Counted from the stretch's first letter, positions 27,863 through 37,665 are shown. The stretch is DNA of 64,000 nt from an uncultured Chloroflexia bacterium (GCA_963695195.1 CAVOGE010000007.1:831756-895755), one strand, 5' to 3'. A program made the numbers and translations. The notes: generated from the letters alone by a model not told the origin.

Positions 27863-29578
27863 CTAGGCCGGGGTTGAGGGGACCGGAGTCTCCGGAACCG
27901 GCGTCGGCGTCGGGACCGGGGTCGGTGTTGGCGTCGGGACCGGGGTCGGCGAGGGGCTCGGCGAGGGGGTCGGGCCCATGGAGAGGACCAGGTCCACCTG
28001 GCTCCCCTTGCCGACCGTTACGCCCGCCCCTGGCACGGTGCTGATCACGGTGCCAGCCGGCCGGTCGTTTGGCTCCTCGCTCACCGCACCCAGCGCCAGG
28101 CCCGCCCTGTCCAGCGTGGCTGCTGCCTCCGCGCGGGTCTGACCGATCAGCACCGGAACGTTGACCTCCTCCGCGCCGTTGCTGACCACCACCGTGATGG
28201 TGTCGCCCTTGGCCACCGTTTCGTCGGCGGCGGGATCGGTGGAGATGACCCGGTCCACCTCGACCTCGTCGTTCGGTTCGCGCACCACCCTGAGCTTGAG
28301 GTCCAGGCGGCCCGCCTCCTCGCGGACGCCGGCGATCGGGTCGCCGACCCAGTCCGGGACGGTCACCGCGGACGCGGACGGGATCGGTGTCTGGCCCGGG
28401 CCGAGTGCACCCAGCACCTGGGCTCCCAGGAACCCGATGGTCCCGAGCAGGACCACCGCGAGGATTGCGAGCAGCCAGATCCACCACGGCTGGCCCTCCG
28501 GCGGCGCTGATGGGCGTCGGGGAGGGGGACCCGCGCGGCGGTTGTCCCGGAGCCCGTATCCCGCGCCGGGTGCCGGCGTGCTGCCCGCTCCCCCCACCGC
28601 GGCAAGGTCCGAGGGAAGCGTGACCCTCGGCGGCACGTACACCGTTGGCTCCCCGGAAGCCGGGAGTGGTGCGGCCTGGGGCGGCGGGGAGCCGATCGCC
28701 GATGCGACGCCCGCGACCCCGGCGCCTGCTGACCCGGTGTCCGGCTCGGCAGCGTGCGGATCCTGCCGCCAGACGCGCATCGCCTCGGCAAACGAGCCGG
28801 CGTCGGGGAACCGCTCGTCGGGGTCGCGCGCCAGGGCGCGCATCACGATCGCTGACAGACCCGCGGCAATGGGCCGGTGCGTTTCGGGCGGCAGCGGGTC
28901 CTCGTTAAGCCGCTTGAGCGCCACCCCGGCCGCCGAGTCGCCCTCGAACGGGCGGCGCCCGGTGAGCATCTCGTACAGGACGATGCCGAGCGAGTAGACG
29001 TCGCTGCGGCCGGTCACGTCCTGGCCTCGCGCCTGCTCCGGGCTGAAGTAGTGGACCGACCCCAGCGTCGTGCCGGTGACCGTCATGGAGGTCTCGCTGA
29101 CGGCCCGCGCGATGCCGAAGTCGGTCACCTTCACGTCATCGTCGATCAGGATGTTCCCCGGCTTGACGTCGCGGTGGATGATCCCGCGACGGTGCGCCGC
29201 CTCGAGGGCGGACGCGACGCCAATGGCGATGCGTACCGCGTCGTCGACCGAGAGCGGGCCGCGCTCGGCAAGGACGGTAGAAAGGTCCTGGCCGTCGATC
29301 AACTGCATGACGATGAACTGGCCACCGCTCTCGGCATCGGTCCCGTAGTCGTAGACCGGCACGATGTTGGGATGCGAGAGCGATCCGGCGGAGCGAGCCT
29401 CCTGCTTGAAGCGAGCCGCGAAGCCGGCGTCGTTGTCGAATTGGGGGCGCAGGAGCTTGACGGCAACTTCCCGGTCGAGCTGCTCATCGACGGCGCGCCA
29501 GATCGTGGCCATCCCGCCCTCGCCGAGCGGCGCAATGAGCCGGTAGCGCCCGCCGACCATTCGCCCGATCATCTCCAC
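27863..29578 (-). CDS. Ser/Thr protein kinase with extracellular PASTA domains and Pro/Thr-rich tail (PknB-like)
   Basis: Kinase subdomains (GEGGMATIW, HRDVKPGNIL, DFGIA), TM helix, two PASTA-like repeats, C-terminal (TP)n. Confidence 0.85.
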   Translation of the reverse strand: MEMIGRMVGGRYRLIAPLGEGGMATIWRAVDEQLDREVAVKLLRPQFDNDAGFAARFKQEARSAGSLSHPNIVPVYDYGTDAESGGQFIVMQLIDGQDLSTVLAERGPLSVDDAVRIAIGVASALEAAHRRGIIHRDVKPGNILIDDDVKVTDFGIARAVSETSMTVTGTTLGSVHYFSPEQARGQDVTGRSDVYSLGIVLYEMLTGRRPFEGDSAAGVALKRLNEDPLPPETHRPIAAGLSAIVMRALARDPDERFPDAGSFAEAMRVWRQDPHAAEPDTGSAGAGVAGVASAIGSPPPQAAPLPASGEPTVYVPPRVTLPSDLAAVGGAGSTPAPGAGYGLRDNRRAGPPPRRPSAPPEGQPWWIWLLAILAVVLLGTIGFLGAQVLGALGPGQTPIPSASAVTVPDWVGDPIAGVREEAGRLDLKLRVVREPNDEVEVDRVISTDPAADETVAKGDTITVVVSNGAEEVNVPVLIGQTRAEAAATLDRAGLALGAVSEEPNDRPAGTVISTVPGAGVTVGKGSQVDLVLSMGPTPSPSPSPTPVPTPTPTPVPTPTPVPETPVPSTPA

Positions 29579-29584
29579 CGCCGG

Positions 29585-30451
29585 TCAGTCTCGCAGGTCG
29601 AGGCTGCGGACGTAGGCGCGGAACTCATCGGCCTCGTCCGACTCAAGACTGAGCGCGACGTTGGCCTTCAGCCAGCCGAGGCGCGTGCCTGCGTCGTGGC
29701 GGACCCCCTCGAATCGGTAGCCGAAGACCGGCTGCTCCCGAGTGAGCGCGCGCAACGCGTCGGTCAGCTGGATCTCTCCTCCGGCGCCGCGCTGGGTCGT
29801 CTCGAGCTTGTCGAAGATCTTGGGCGACAGGATGTAGCGTCCCAGCACCGCAAGGTCGGACGGCGCCTCGTCGACCGGCGGCTTTTCGACAAGGTCCCCG
29901 ATCTCCACCAGCCGATGCTCCTCGCGCACCGGCGCGACGATGCCGTAGCGGCTCGTATCCTCCCGCGGCACCCGATGCAGTGCGATCACCGAGCCGCGAT
30001 GCGCGCGATGCTGCTCGATCAGCTGACCGGTCACCGGCGTGCCCCCCGGATTGAGCATCACGTCGTCGGGCAGGAGCACCGCGAACGGCTCGTCGCCGAC
30101 CAGCTCCTTGGCCATCAGCACTGCGTGTCCAAGGCCGAGCTGCTCCTTCTGGTGGACGAAGGCGATGGTCCCCACCTCGGTGATGCGGCGCACCGCGCGC
30201 AGCAGCTCGATCTGGCCGCGGTCCTCCAACCAGCGCTCGAGGGCGGGGTGCGAGTCGAAGTGCTCCTCGATGGCGCTGCGCCCTGACGCGATGACGATGA
30301 TGATCTGCTCGATCCCCGAGGCGACCGCCTCCTCGACCGCGTACTGGATGATCGGTCGGTCGACCAGCGGCAGCATCTCCTTGGGAACCGCCTTGGTCGC
30401 CGGCAGGAAGCGGGTGCCGAATCCGGCCGCCGGGATGACGGCCTTTCTCAC
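29585..30451 (-). CDS. galU: UTP--glucose-1-phosphate uridylyltransferase
   Basis: AVIPAAGFGTRFLPATKAVPKEMLP, VEKP motif. Confidence 0.85.
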   Translation of the reverse strand: MRKAVIPAAGFGTRFLPATKAVPKEMLPLVDRPIIQYAVEEAVASGIEQIIIVIASGRSAIEEHFDSHPALERWLEDRGQIELLRAVRRITEVGTIAFVHQKEQLGLGHAVLMAKELVGDEPFAVLLPDDVMLNPGGTPVTGQLIEQHRAHRGSVIALHRVPREDTSRYGIVAPVREEHRLVEIGDLVEKPPVDEAPSDLAVLGRYILSPKIFDKLETTQRGAGGEIQLTDALRALTREQPVFGYRFEGVRHDAGTRLGWLKANVALSLESDEADEFRAYVRSLDLRD

Positions 30452-30653
30452 GCGCGCAGTGATCGGATCTCTCCTTGAGCAGGTTCGCTACGGTGCCCGG
30501 TTCGTGGGGCCGTTGGGGTCGCGCTCGCCGACGGGGCGGGTCTCATGCGGCGCGGTTGCGTGGTTGCCTCACGGGGGAGTGAGTATACCAACGGCAGGCC
30601 GCGCGACCCTTTCGGCGGGTCACGACGCTCCGGGACGCTACAATCTCGGCCCG

Positions 30654-31121
30654 ATGATCAAGTCGCTGATCCGCACCTTCCGTGGCCCCAGCCGCGCCCC
30701 CGCGATGGCCTACATCAGCCGTCCGCTGCCCCGCCGGCTCCTCGACGAGCAGGTGGTTGCCGCGCTGGAGATGGCGTTCGCGGCAAGTCCGGATCCAGAG
30801 AGCCTGGTGGAGACCCTCCCGCCCGCGCTGCGGGCCGTCACCGGAAAGACCTACCAAGTGCTCGACCGATCGACCGGGGACGTGACCGGTGCGTACCGCA
30901 CGGTGCAGGTGATGATCCGCGACGGCGAGATCGGGCTGTGGCCCGGCTATGCGGCCCGCGCCTACCCGATGCTGGAGCCGACCAGGCGCTCCGAGGCGAC
31001 CCGCGCCGCCATCGCTGCGGCCGATGGGGCCCCGAGCGCCGACGCCCCGTCGCCCACCAACCCGGTCGGCAAGCCGGGCTGGAAGCCACCGGCCCCGCTC
31101 CCCGGCGACGAGGAGGCGTAG
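30654..31121 (+). CDS. Hypothetical protein (155 aa)
   Basis: High GC3 ORF. TACAAT -10-like box 10 nt upstream of ATG (possibly short-leader transcript). Confidence 0.5.
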   Translation: MIKSLIRTFRGPSRAPAMAYISRPLPRRLLDEQVVAALEMAFAASPDPESLVETLPPALRAVTGKTYQVLDRSTGDVTGAYRTVQVMIRDGEIGLWPGYAARAYPMLEPTRRSEATRAAIAAADGAPSADAPSPTNPVGKPGWKPPAPLPGDEEA

Positions 31122-31124
31122 GTC

Positions 31125-31304
31125 GTGGGCCGCCAGAACGTGCCGCGCGACCAGTGGCTGGACCTCGGTGCCGAGTGCCCGCATTGCGGCGAGCGGGTCA
31201 CCGAGGAGATGGTCTACTCGTGGCGTCCCGTGCCAGAGGACCCGAAGCTCCTCCTGCTGTGGTGCCCCGACTGCGGGGACCGGGTCGAGATCAACCACGT
31301 CTGA
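31125..31304 (+). CDS. Small zinc-ribbon protein (59 aa; CPHCG...CPDCG)
   Basis: Absent from the ORF track (below size cutoff). GTG start 8 nt after a GAGGAGG SD. Two CxxC pairs. Confidence 0.5.
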   Translation: MGRQNVPRDQWLDLGAECPHCGERVTEEMVYSWRPVPEDPKLLLLWCPDCGDRVEINHV

Positions 31305-31785
31305 CGCGCTTCACACCCGCGCTGGATCTCGAACATCTCGGGGTGCTCATAAAGAGCCTGACAAGGGAACAAGACGACCAGAAGAAGCGTCTTTGCCCTG
31401 CGTAGCCCCGCTTGGGGCCGATGATCGGAACTTGTCCCCGATGGAAGGATGGAACTCCGATGGAGCGGACGACCTTGCATGCCACCAGACCGAGCGCGAG
31501 GACAATCTTTGTCGCTCTTCTCGCCGGGCTCGTCGTCCTAGTGCTTCTGTTTCCCGGGAGCGGTAATAGCGCGCAGCCCCCGACGTGTTACTCGACGTTT
31601 GGCTGGGTCGTGCCGTGCGACGCATGGGTCTCATGGGTCGCCGCAGCGGTGGCGGCTGGGTTCGTCGGCTTGCGCCTGTCGATGAATGTCCGCCGCCGAC
31701 AGTGAGTCGGGCGGGGCTCAAGGCAACGGGAAGCGCGCAGGGACTCAGCCAGCCGCCGACCTGAGGAGCTCCAGCAGTCACAGGG

Positions 31786-31862
31786 TGGTGCCCCCAACCG
31801 GATTCGAACCGGTGATCTCCACCTTGAAAGGGTGGCGTCCTAGGCCTCTAGACGATGGGGGC
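31786..31862 (-). tRNA. tRNA-Glu (anticodon TTC)
   Basis: Reverse complement folds as GCCCCCA acceptor, D-loop TAGAGGCCTAG, anticodon loop CTTTCAA, T-loop TTCGAAT, CCA encoded. Confidence 0.85.
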
Positions 31863-31946
31863 GCGAGCAAACCGCACGGTCTGACCGCCGCATCCTAACA
31901 AGGTGTCGCCACCGCAGCCGTCGCGGTCTCGACCGCGACGCCGGGG

Positions 31947-32255
31947 CTACAGGTAGAAGAGGATGATCAGGATCGCCGCACCGGCCAGCGCGACGGCGGC
32001 GAGCAGGATCATCACCCCGCCGCCCACCGCGATCGCCAGCGCCATGCCGGGACCTCGGCTGCGGTAGGCCCGCTGCGACCAGATCCAGCCCTGCGCGAAG
32101 AGGAAGACGCCGACCCCGGCGGCGATCAGGGAGCTTCCCAACATCGCCAACACCGACAGCCCGGAGTCGTCGCCGGCGAATGCCAGCGCCGTCAGGGCGG
32201 CTGCGATCAGCAGCGCCACCACCCCGATCACCACGTTCCGAGCGAACGGATGCAT
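31947..32255 (-). CDS. Small membrane protein (3 TM), unknown function
   Basis: ATG directly abuts the TAG of the upstream Mo-oxidoreductase gene. Very hydrophobic. Confidence 0.45.
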   Translation of the reverse strand: MHPFARNVVIGVVALLIAAALTALAFAGDDSGLSVLAMLGSSLIAAGVGVFLFAQGWIWSQRAYRSRGPGMALAIAVGGGVMILLAAVALAGAAILIILFYL

Positions 32256-32858
32256 CTAGAAGTCCGAGTAGCGCTCTTCGCGCCACGGGTCGGCCGAGTT
32301 GGAGTAGCCGTTGCGCTCCCAGAAGCCGGGCCGATCCTCGCTGCTGAACTCGACGCCGCGCAGCCACTTGGCGCTCTTCCAGAAGTACCGGGCGGGGACG
32401 ATCGCTCGCAGCGGATAGCCGTGCTCCGCCTCGAGCGGCTTCCCGTCGAAGTCCCAGGCGAGCAGGGCGGCCGGATCAAGCGCGATCTCAATCGGCACAT
32501 TGCTGGTGTAGCCGTACTCGGCGTGGAAGATGACGAAGCGCGCGCTGGAACGGGGTTGCGCCACCTCGGCGATGTGCGTCATCGACACGCCCTTCCACGT
32601 GGTGCCGAGCTTCGACCAACGGGTGACGCAGTGGATATCGAGCGTCGTCTCGCTGACCGGCAGCTGCCGGAACTCGGTCCAGTTCAGGGTGAAGGGCGTC
32701 TCCACGTCGCCGAAGACGCGGAAGTCCCAGCGCGACAGGTCTGGGTATTCGGGGACCCGCCCGAAGTGCAGCACCGGGAACTTCTCGGTCAGGACCTGGC
32801 CCGGCGGGACGCGCTTGGCCATCTCCGGATCGATCACCGGCTTCTGCCACTTGAACAT
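32256..32858 (-). CDS. Sulfite-oxidase-like molybdopterin-dependent oxidoreductase (YuiH/MsrP-like catalytic domain, no signal peptide)
   Basis: Moco-binding fold motifs (HCVTRWSKLGTTWKGV, HGYPLRAIVP). ATG 32858 (MFKWQKP...). Confidence 0.75.
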   Translation of the reverse strand: MFKWQKPVIDPEMAKRVPPGQVLTEKFPVLHFGRVPEYPDLSRWDFRVFGDVETPFTLNWTEFRQLPVSETTLDIHCVTRWSKLGTTWKGVSMTHIAEVAQPRSSARFVIFHAEYGYTSNVPIEIALDPAALLAWDFDGKPLEAEHGYPLRAIVPARYFWKSAKWLRGVEFSSEDRPGFWERNGYSNSADPWREERYSDF

Positions 32859-32889
32859 GCCACAAGCGTGCATGGACCGATGGGGCCCG

Positions 32890-35247
32890 TCAAGGCGTGC
32901 CTCCAACCGCCGTCAGCACCTGGTCGAGGGTGTCGACGATCAGATCGGCCTCCTGGGCCGTGGCGCACAACGGCGGGCGAACCTTCAGCACGTTGCCCTG
33001 GCGACCCGTGGTGCCGATCAGGACGCCCTGCTCGCGCATCTGGTCGCGGACCTGCGCCGCGACGTCGCCGGCCGGCCCGCGTGTTGCGCGGTCGACGACC
33101 AGCTCCACGCCGGTCATCAGGCCGCGACCCCGGATGTCGCCGATGACAGGGTGGCGCGCCGCAAGATCACCAAGCGCGGCCCGCAGCCCCTCTCCGACCA
33201 CGCGCGAGCTCTCCAGCAGGTTCTCGTCGTCCAGGATGTCGAGCACGGCCAGCCCCGCGGCGCAGGCAACCGGGTTGCCGCCGAAGGTGCTGAAGAACTC
33301 GGTCTCGGCGGCGAATCGGTCGACGATGTCGGCGCGAGTGATGACCGCGGCGATCGGATGGCCGTTGCCCATCGGCTTTCCCAGGGTGACGATGTCGGGG
33401 GTGATGCCCCAGGCGGAGAAGCTCCACAGGCCATCGCCGCCACGCCCGTGGCCGGCCTGCACCTCGTCGGCCACCAGCATCGCCCCGGCGGCGCGGGCAC
33501 GCGCCAGCATCGGCGCCAGGTGCGCGGAACCCGGGGCGAAGATCCCGTCCGAGGTGAAGAGGGTGTCGAGGTAGAGCGCGGCCGGCCGGTGGCCTCGCTC
33601 CGAGAGCCGAGCGACGGCCAGGTCGATCTCGGTCGCGGCCCGCTCCCCCGGGTCGGCGAGCTCGCGGTAGATGCCCCGGTAGGCATCGGGCGGCGGGATC
33701 GTCTCCACGTGCGCCGGCTGCTCGCCGCGCGGCCACTCCGACGGCGAGAGATCGGCAATGGCGGCGCTCACGCCGTGGTACGCCCAGGCGTTGACGATGG
33801 CCCCGGTCGCGCCGCTCACGATCGTCGCCAGCCGCCAGGCGAGGTCGGTCGCCTCGCTTCCCGAGTTCACGAACATGACCGTGTCGAGCCCCTCGGGCAT
33901 GGTCGCCACCAGTCGCTCCGCGAGCTCAATCGCCGCCTCGTGCAGGTAGCGCGTGTTCGTGTTCAGCGTGGCCGCCTGGTGGGCGATCGCCTCGACCACA
34001 CGCGGGTGCGAGTGGCCCACCACCGGCACGTTGTTGTACGCGTCGAGGTAGGCGCGGCCACCGGTGTCGAACAGCCAGCTGCGCTCGCCGCGGACCAGGT
34101 GCAGCGGGCGGCGGTAGGTGAGCGGTGAGAGGGCGCTGCCCAGGACGCGGCCCCGGCGTGCGATCAGCTCCGCGGTGCCGGCGGCTCGCCATCCCGGTGC
34201 GGCCAGCGGAACCGGTCGTGCGGCGGTCGCCAGGCGGCGCCCCGCCTCGTCAACGCCGACCGCCTCGAGCTGTTCGAGCAGCCGCCAGGCCGGATCGGTC
34301 CAGCCGGTGATGTAGGCGTTGTCGGGGTACTGCCGCGTCCGCCACTCCGAGATCAGGATCGTCTGCACCATCCGCGCGGCGAGCAGGTCACCGAGCAGGT
34401 CCGCCTCCATCTGCTCGAGCGGCGTCACCGAGGTGTACCCGCGCAGGAAGGCCTCGGCGACCTCGAAGATGTCGTCCCGGCCGCGCAGCAGGGACTGGAG
34501 CGTGGCCGAGATGTCGGCCACCAGGGCGGTGTGGGCCATGTCGCCAAAGTCGATGATCCCGGTCACGCGTCCGGCTTCGTCGAGGAGCAGGTTGTCGAGC
34601 GTGGCGTCGTCGTGGATGACCTGTGCCCGCAACGTCGCGTACACCGGCAGGACCCGCTCGTCGTGGCGCTTCAGGGCTCGCGCCAGGAGTGCATGGCGCC
34701 CCGGCTCCTCGACCAGCGCGTGATGCTCCCGCATGGCGGGGATGTGCTTGAGGTCCCACCAGATCGCGCGCCCCGCGGACGGATGGAAGAAGCCGCGCAG
34801 CGCCCGACCCAGGCGCGCCACCGTGACGCCGATCCCCTCGATCGACTCTACGCCAAGCTCGGTCGCATCCACGTTGCGCCCCGGCAGGGCCGGCAGCAGG
34901 CGAACCAGGTGCGCGACGCCGTCGGCGCCCCTGACGAGGCCGACAGGTCCGCCCTCGAGCGTCTGAACTCCCACCGGGACGGGGAGCGACGGGTCGATGC
35001 GCGCCACGTGCTCGACCGCGGCGACCTCCATCTCGACCACCCCCGGCTCTTCGCCGGCGTTGGAGACCTTCAGCACCCAGCCCGGGTTGGCCGCACCGGT
35101 CGGATCGGTGATGCGGAAGTTCTGGTCGCGCTCGCTGACCAGCGGGCTGGCCCTGCCGGCGATGCCGAAGGTGGTCCGGACGATGTCCTCCGCCTCGGCG
35201 ACGGTCAGGCTCGGTGGATCGATCCCCAGGACGCCGGCGGTCTGCAT
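32890..35247 (-). CDS. Fusion protein: APH/homoserine-kinase-like phosphotransferase domain plus class-III (AGXT2L-like) PLP aminotransferase/phospho-lyase domain
   Basis: N-terminal kinase motifs (HDDATLDNLLLD, IDFGD). C-terminal class III PLP fold (PLP Lys in VTLGKPMGNGHP). ATG 35247. Confidence 0.8.
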   Translation of the reverse strand: MQTAGVLGIDPPSLTVAEAEDIVRTTFGIAGRASPLVSERDQNFRITDPTGAANPGWVLKVSNAGEEPGVVEMEVAAVEHVARIDPSLPVPVGVQTLEGGPVGLVRGADGVAHLVRLLPALPGRNVDATELGVESIEGIGVTVARLGRALRGFFHPSAGRAIWWDLKHIPAMREHHALVEEPGRHALLARALKRHDERVLPVYATLRAQVIHDDATLDNLLLDEAGRVTGIIDFGDMAHTALVADISATLQSLLRGRDDIFEVAEAFLRGYTSVTPLEQMEADLLGDLLAARMVQTILISEWRTRQYPDNAYITGWTDPAWRLLEQLEAVGVDEAGRRLATAARPVPLAAPGWRAAGTAELIARRGRVLGSALSPLTYRRPLHLVRGERSWLFDTGGRAYLDAYNNVPVVGHSHPRVVEAIAHQAATLNTNTRYLHEAAIELAERLVATMPEGLDTVMFVNSGSEATDLAWRLATIVSGATGAIVNAWAYHGVSAAIADLSPSEWPRGEQPAHVETIPPPDAYRGIYRELADPGERAATEIDLAVARLSERGHRPAALYLDTLFTSDGIFAPGSAHLAPMLARARAAGAMLVADEVQAGHGRGGDGLWSFSAWGITPDIVTLGKPMGNGHPIAAVITRADIVDRFAAETEFFSTFGGNPVACAAGLAVLDILDDENLLESSRVVGEGLRAALGDLAARHPVIGDIRGRGLMTGVELVVDRATRGPAGDVAAQVRDQMREQGVLIGTTGRQGNVLKVRPPLCATAQEADLIVDTLDQVLTAVGGTP

Positions 35248-35283
35248 GAGGCCGATCGTACACGCCGGTAGACTCGACGGAGG

Positions 35284-37008
35284 ATGGTCCGCTCCGCACC
35301 CTTCGCCGAGTTCGCCCGCGTCGCCGATGCGGTCGCCTCCACCACCTCCAAGCTGGCGAAACGCGACGCGCTGGCGGCGTACCTGCGGGCGCTGGCGCCC
35401 GACGACCTGCAGGCGGCGGTGACCTTCTTCGCCGGACGCCCGCTCCCGGGAGCCGCCGATCGGCTGGGCCTCGGCTGGGTTCAACAGTCGCAGTCACTCG
35501 CCGCCGCGGCCCAGGCCGACCCCGCGGCGCTCCACGCGGCCTACCTGCGCCACTCCGATTTCGGCGACGCGGCCGCCGAGCTGTTGGCGCATGCGGCCCC
35601 CACCGGCCATCCTCTGACGCTCGGAGCGGTCCGCGACGCGTTCCGGGCCATGAGCGAGACCTCTTCCACCGAGGCGCGCGTGGCGGAGATGACGCGCCTC
35701 TTCGAACGTGCGTCGCCGGAGGAGGCGCGCTACGCCGCACGGATCGCGGCGCGCGAGCTGCGCATCGGCCTGCGGGAGGGGCTGCTGGAGGAGGCGATCG
35801 CCGCTGCCTTCCAGCGGCCGCTCGGTGCGGTGCGCCAGGCGCACATGCTGCTCGGCGAGCCCGGGGAGGCGGCCGCGCTGGCCAGGGACGACCGGCTGGC
35901 CGAGGCCGCGCTCCATCTCGGCCGACCGATCCGCTTCATGCTCGCCACCCCGGTGGCCGATGCCGACGAGGTGATGCGCCGGGTCGGCGACGAGGCGTGG
36001 ATCGAGGACAAGTACGACGGCATCCGCGCCCAGCTGCATCTCGTCGCCGGCGAGGCCCCGCGCCTCTTCTCGCGCGACCTCAACGAGATCACCGCCTCGT
36101 TCCCCGAGGTCGCCCAGGCGGCCGCCGGCCTGGCGCAGAAGATGGTGATCGACGGGGAGCTGGTCCCGTATCGGTCCGGATCGGTGCTCGACTTCGCGAG
36201 TCTGCAGACGCGCCTTGGCCGGGTTGCGCCGAGCCCCGAGCTGATCGCCGAGGTGCCGGTCGTGCTGGTCGCATTCGACCTCCTGCATCTGGCAGGTCGC
36301 GACCTTCTGGAGGTGCCGCTGCGTGAGCGCCGTGCCGCGCTCGAGGCGCTCAGTCTGCCCCTGCTGACCGAAGGTCGGTTCCTCCTCTCGCACCTCGCGG
36401 CGGCGCGATCGGCCGACGAGGTGGAGCGTCACTTCGACGATGCCCGTGAGCGCCGCAACGAGGGCCTGATGGTCAAGGACCCCGATTCGGTCTACCAGCC
36501 CGGGCGGCGCGGGCTCGGCTGGCTGAAGCTGAAGAAGGCGCTCGCCACGCTCGACTGCGTGGTGGTGGGGGTCGAGTGGGGCCACGGCAAGCGGCGCGGC
36601 GTCCTCTCCGACTACACCTTCGCCGTGCGCTCGCCCGACGGCGAGTCGCTGCTCACCATTGGCAAGGCCTACACCGGCCTGACCGATGCGGAGATCGCAG
36701 CCATGACAGAACGATTCAAGGCCACGACGCTCCAGGACTTCGGTCGCTACCGGACCGTCGTCCCCGAGGTGGTGGTGGAGATCGCCTTCGACCGAATCAT
36801 GCGCTCGAAGCGGCACGACTCAGGTTTCGCGATGCGCTTCCCCCGCATCGTCCGCATCCGCGATGACAAGGCACGGGCCGAAATCGATGACCTCGCCACC
36901 GTGGAGAAGCTCTTCACCGCACAGGCGAGCGGCCGGATCCTGCTGGCACGTGGGCCGCGCGGGGAGATGGAGCGCATCACCGCCACCGGTGAGACGGATG
37001 GGGACTAG
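35284..37008 (+). CDS. ATP-dependent DNA ligase, LigB/Lig1-type (N-terminal DNA-binding domain, nucleotidyltransferase, OB)
   Basis: Intact motif I EDKYDGIRAQL, motif III/IV/V (FDLLHLAG, EGLMVKD, WLKLKK). Confidence 0.85.
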   Translation: MVRSAPFAEFARVADAVASTTSKLAKRDALAAYLRALAPDDLQAAVTFFAGRPLPGAADRLGLGWVQQSQSLAAAAQADPAALHAAYLRHSDFGDAAAELLAHAAPTGHPLTLGAVRDAFRAMSETSSTEARVAEMTRLFERASPEEARYAARIAARELRIGLREGLLEEAIAAAFQRPLGAVRQAHMLLGEPGEAAALARDDRLAEAALHLGRPIRFMLATPVADADEVMRRVGDEAWIEDKYDGIRAQLHLVAGEAPRLFSRDLNEITASFPEVAQAAAGLAQKMVIDGELVPYRSGSVLDFASLQTRLGRVAPSPELIAEVPVVLVAFDLLHLAGRDLLEVPLRERRAALEALSLPLLTEGRFLLSHLAAARSADEVERHFDDARERRNEGLMVKDPDSVYQPGRRGLGWLKLKKALATLDCVVVGVEWGHGKRRGVLSDYTFAVRSPDGESLLTIGKAYTGLTDAEIAAMTERFKATTLQDFGRYRTVVPEVVVEIAFDRIMRSKRHDSGFAMRFPRIVRIRDDKARAEIDDLATVEKLFTAQASGRILLARGPRGEMERITATGETDGD

Positions 37009-37046
37009 AGCCGCTGAACGCTGCGACGCGCTGGTAGCATCGGGTC

Positions 37047-37661
37047 ATGAACGCGTTCGCCGTCGATCCGTTCGCTGTCTCCGCGACCCGTTCGGTTGCG
37101 GTCGACGTCTACACCGCCGCGTACCGGGTCTCAGGCCAGACGGTGACCCGTTTCGGGCGCGTCGCCGACATCGTCAACCAGATCTCCTCGACGCACCTGG
37201 TGATCGACGAGGCCACCGTCAGCGAGTACACGGATCCGACCGCCACGATATCGGCCCAGCAGGTGCTGGTGACGGTTGACGAGATCCTCTTCCTGATGGC
37301 CGCCGAGACCGACGGCGCCGCTCGCCCGGAGATGCGCATCCAGAAGCGTGCGGTACGGGCGCAGCTGGGGCTGCCCCCGTTTCGCCTCACCGGAGCGGTG
37401 CACGTGCCGCAGGGGAGCCGTCCGGCCGACGGGCTGCTCAACGTTGGGGAACGCTTCCTGGCGATGACCGAGGTGACCATCGCCTCTGGGGTGTACCCGG
37501 AGCTGGCACGCACCGCACCGGCCGTGGCGATTCAACGCCAGCGGGCACACGTGCTGCTGGTGACCGACGACGAGCAGCCCGACCAGTTGCTGGCCGACGT
37601 GCTTGATGCGGCAACCGCTGAGCGCTGGCTGAAGCCCCGCGAGAACGACGAGGCGGGCTGA
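37047..37661 (+). CDS. Hypothetical protein (204 aa)
   Basis: Strong coding-like GC3. TAGCAT box just upstream of ATG. No family recognised. Confidence 0.5.
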   Translation: MNAFAVDPFAVSATRSVAVDVYTAAYRVSGQTVTRFGRVADIVNQISSTHLVIDEATVSEYTDPTATISAQQVLVTVDEILFLMAAETDGAARPEMRIQKRAVRAQLGLPPFRLTGAVHVPQGSRPADGLLNVGERFLAMTEVTIASGVYPELARTAPAVAIQRQRAHVLLVTDDEQPDQLLADVLDAATAERWLKPRENDEAG

Positions 37662-37665
37662 CCGG

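Noticed and set aside
32530-34128. 532-aa and 298-aa plus-strand ORFs inside the kinase-aminotransferase gene
   Set aside because: Antisense to a gene with clear PLP-enzyme motifs, and their products have low-complexity Arg/Pro-rich composition.
35494-36816. 440-aa minus-strand ORF
   Set aside because: Antisense to the LigB-type ligase, with no recognisable motifs.
37047-37661. Possible LigD phosphoesterase or polymerase domain in the 204-aa protein next to the ligase
   Set aside because: No PE (HxxxxHYDxR, SWAVxxGP) or primase-polymerase motifs found.
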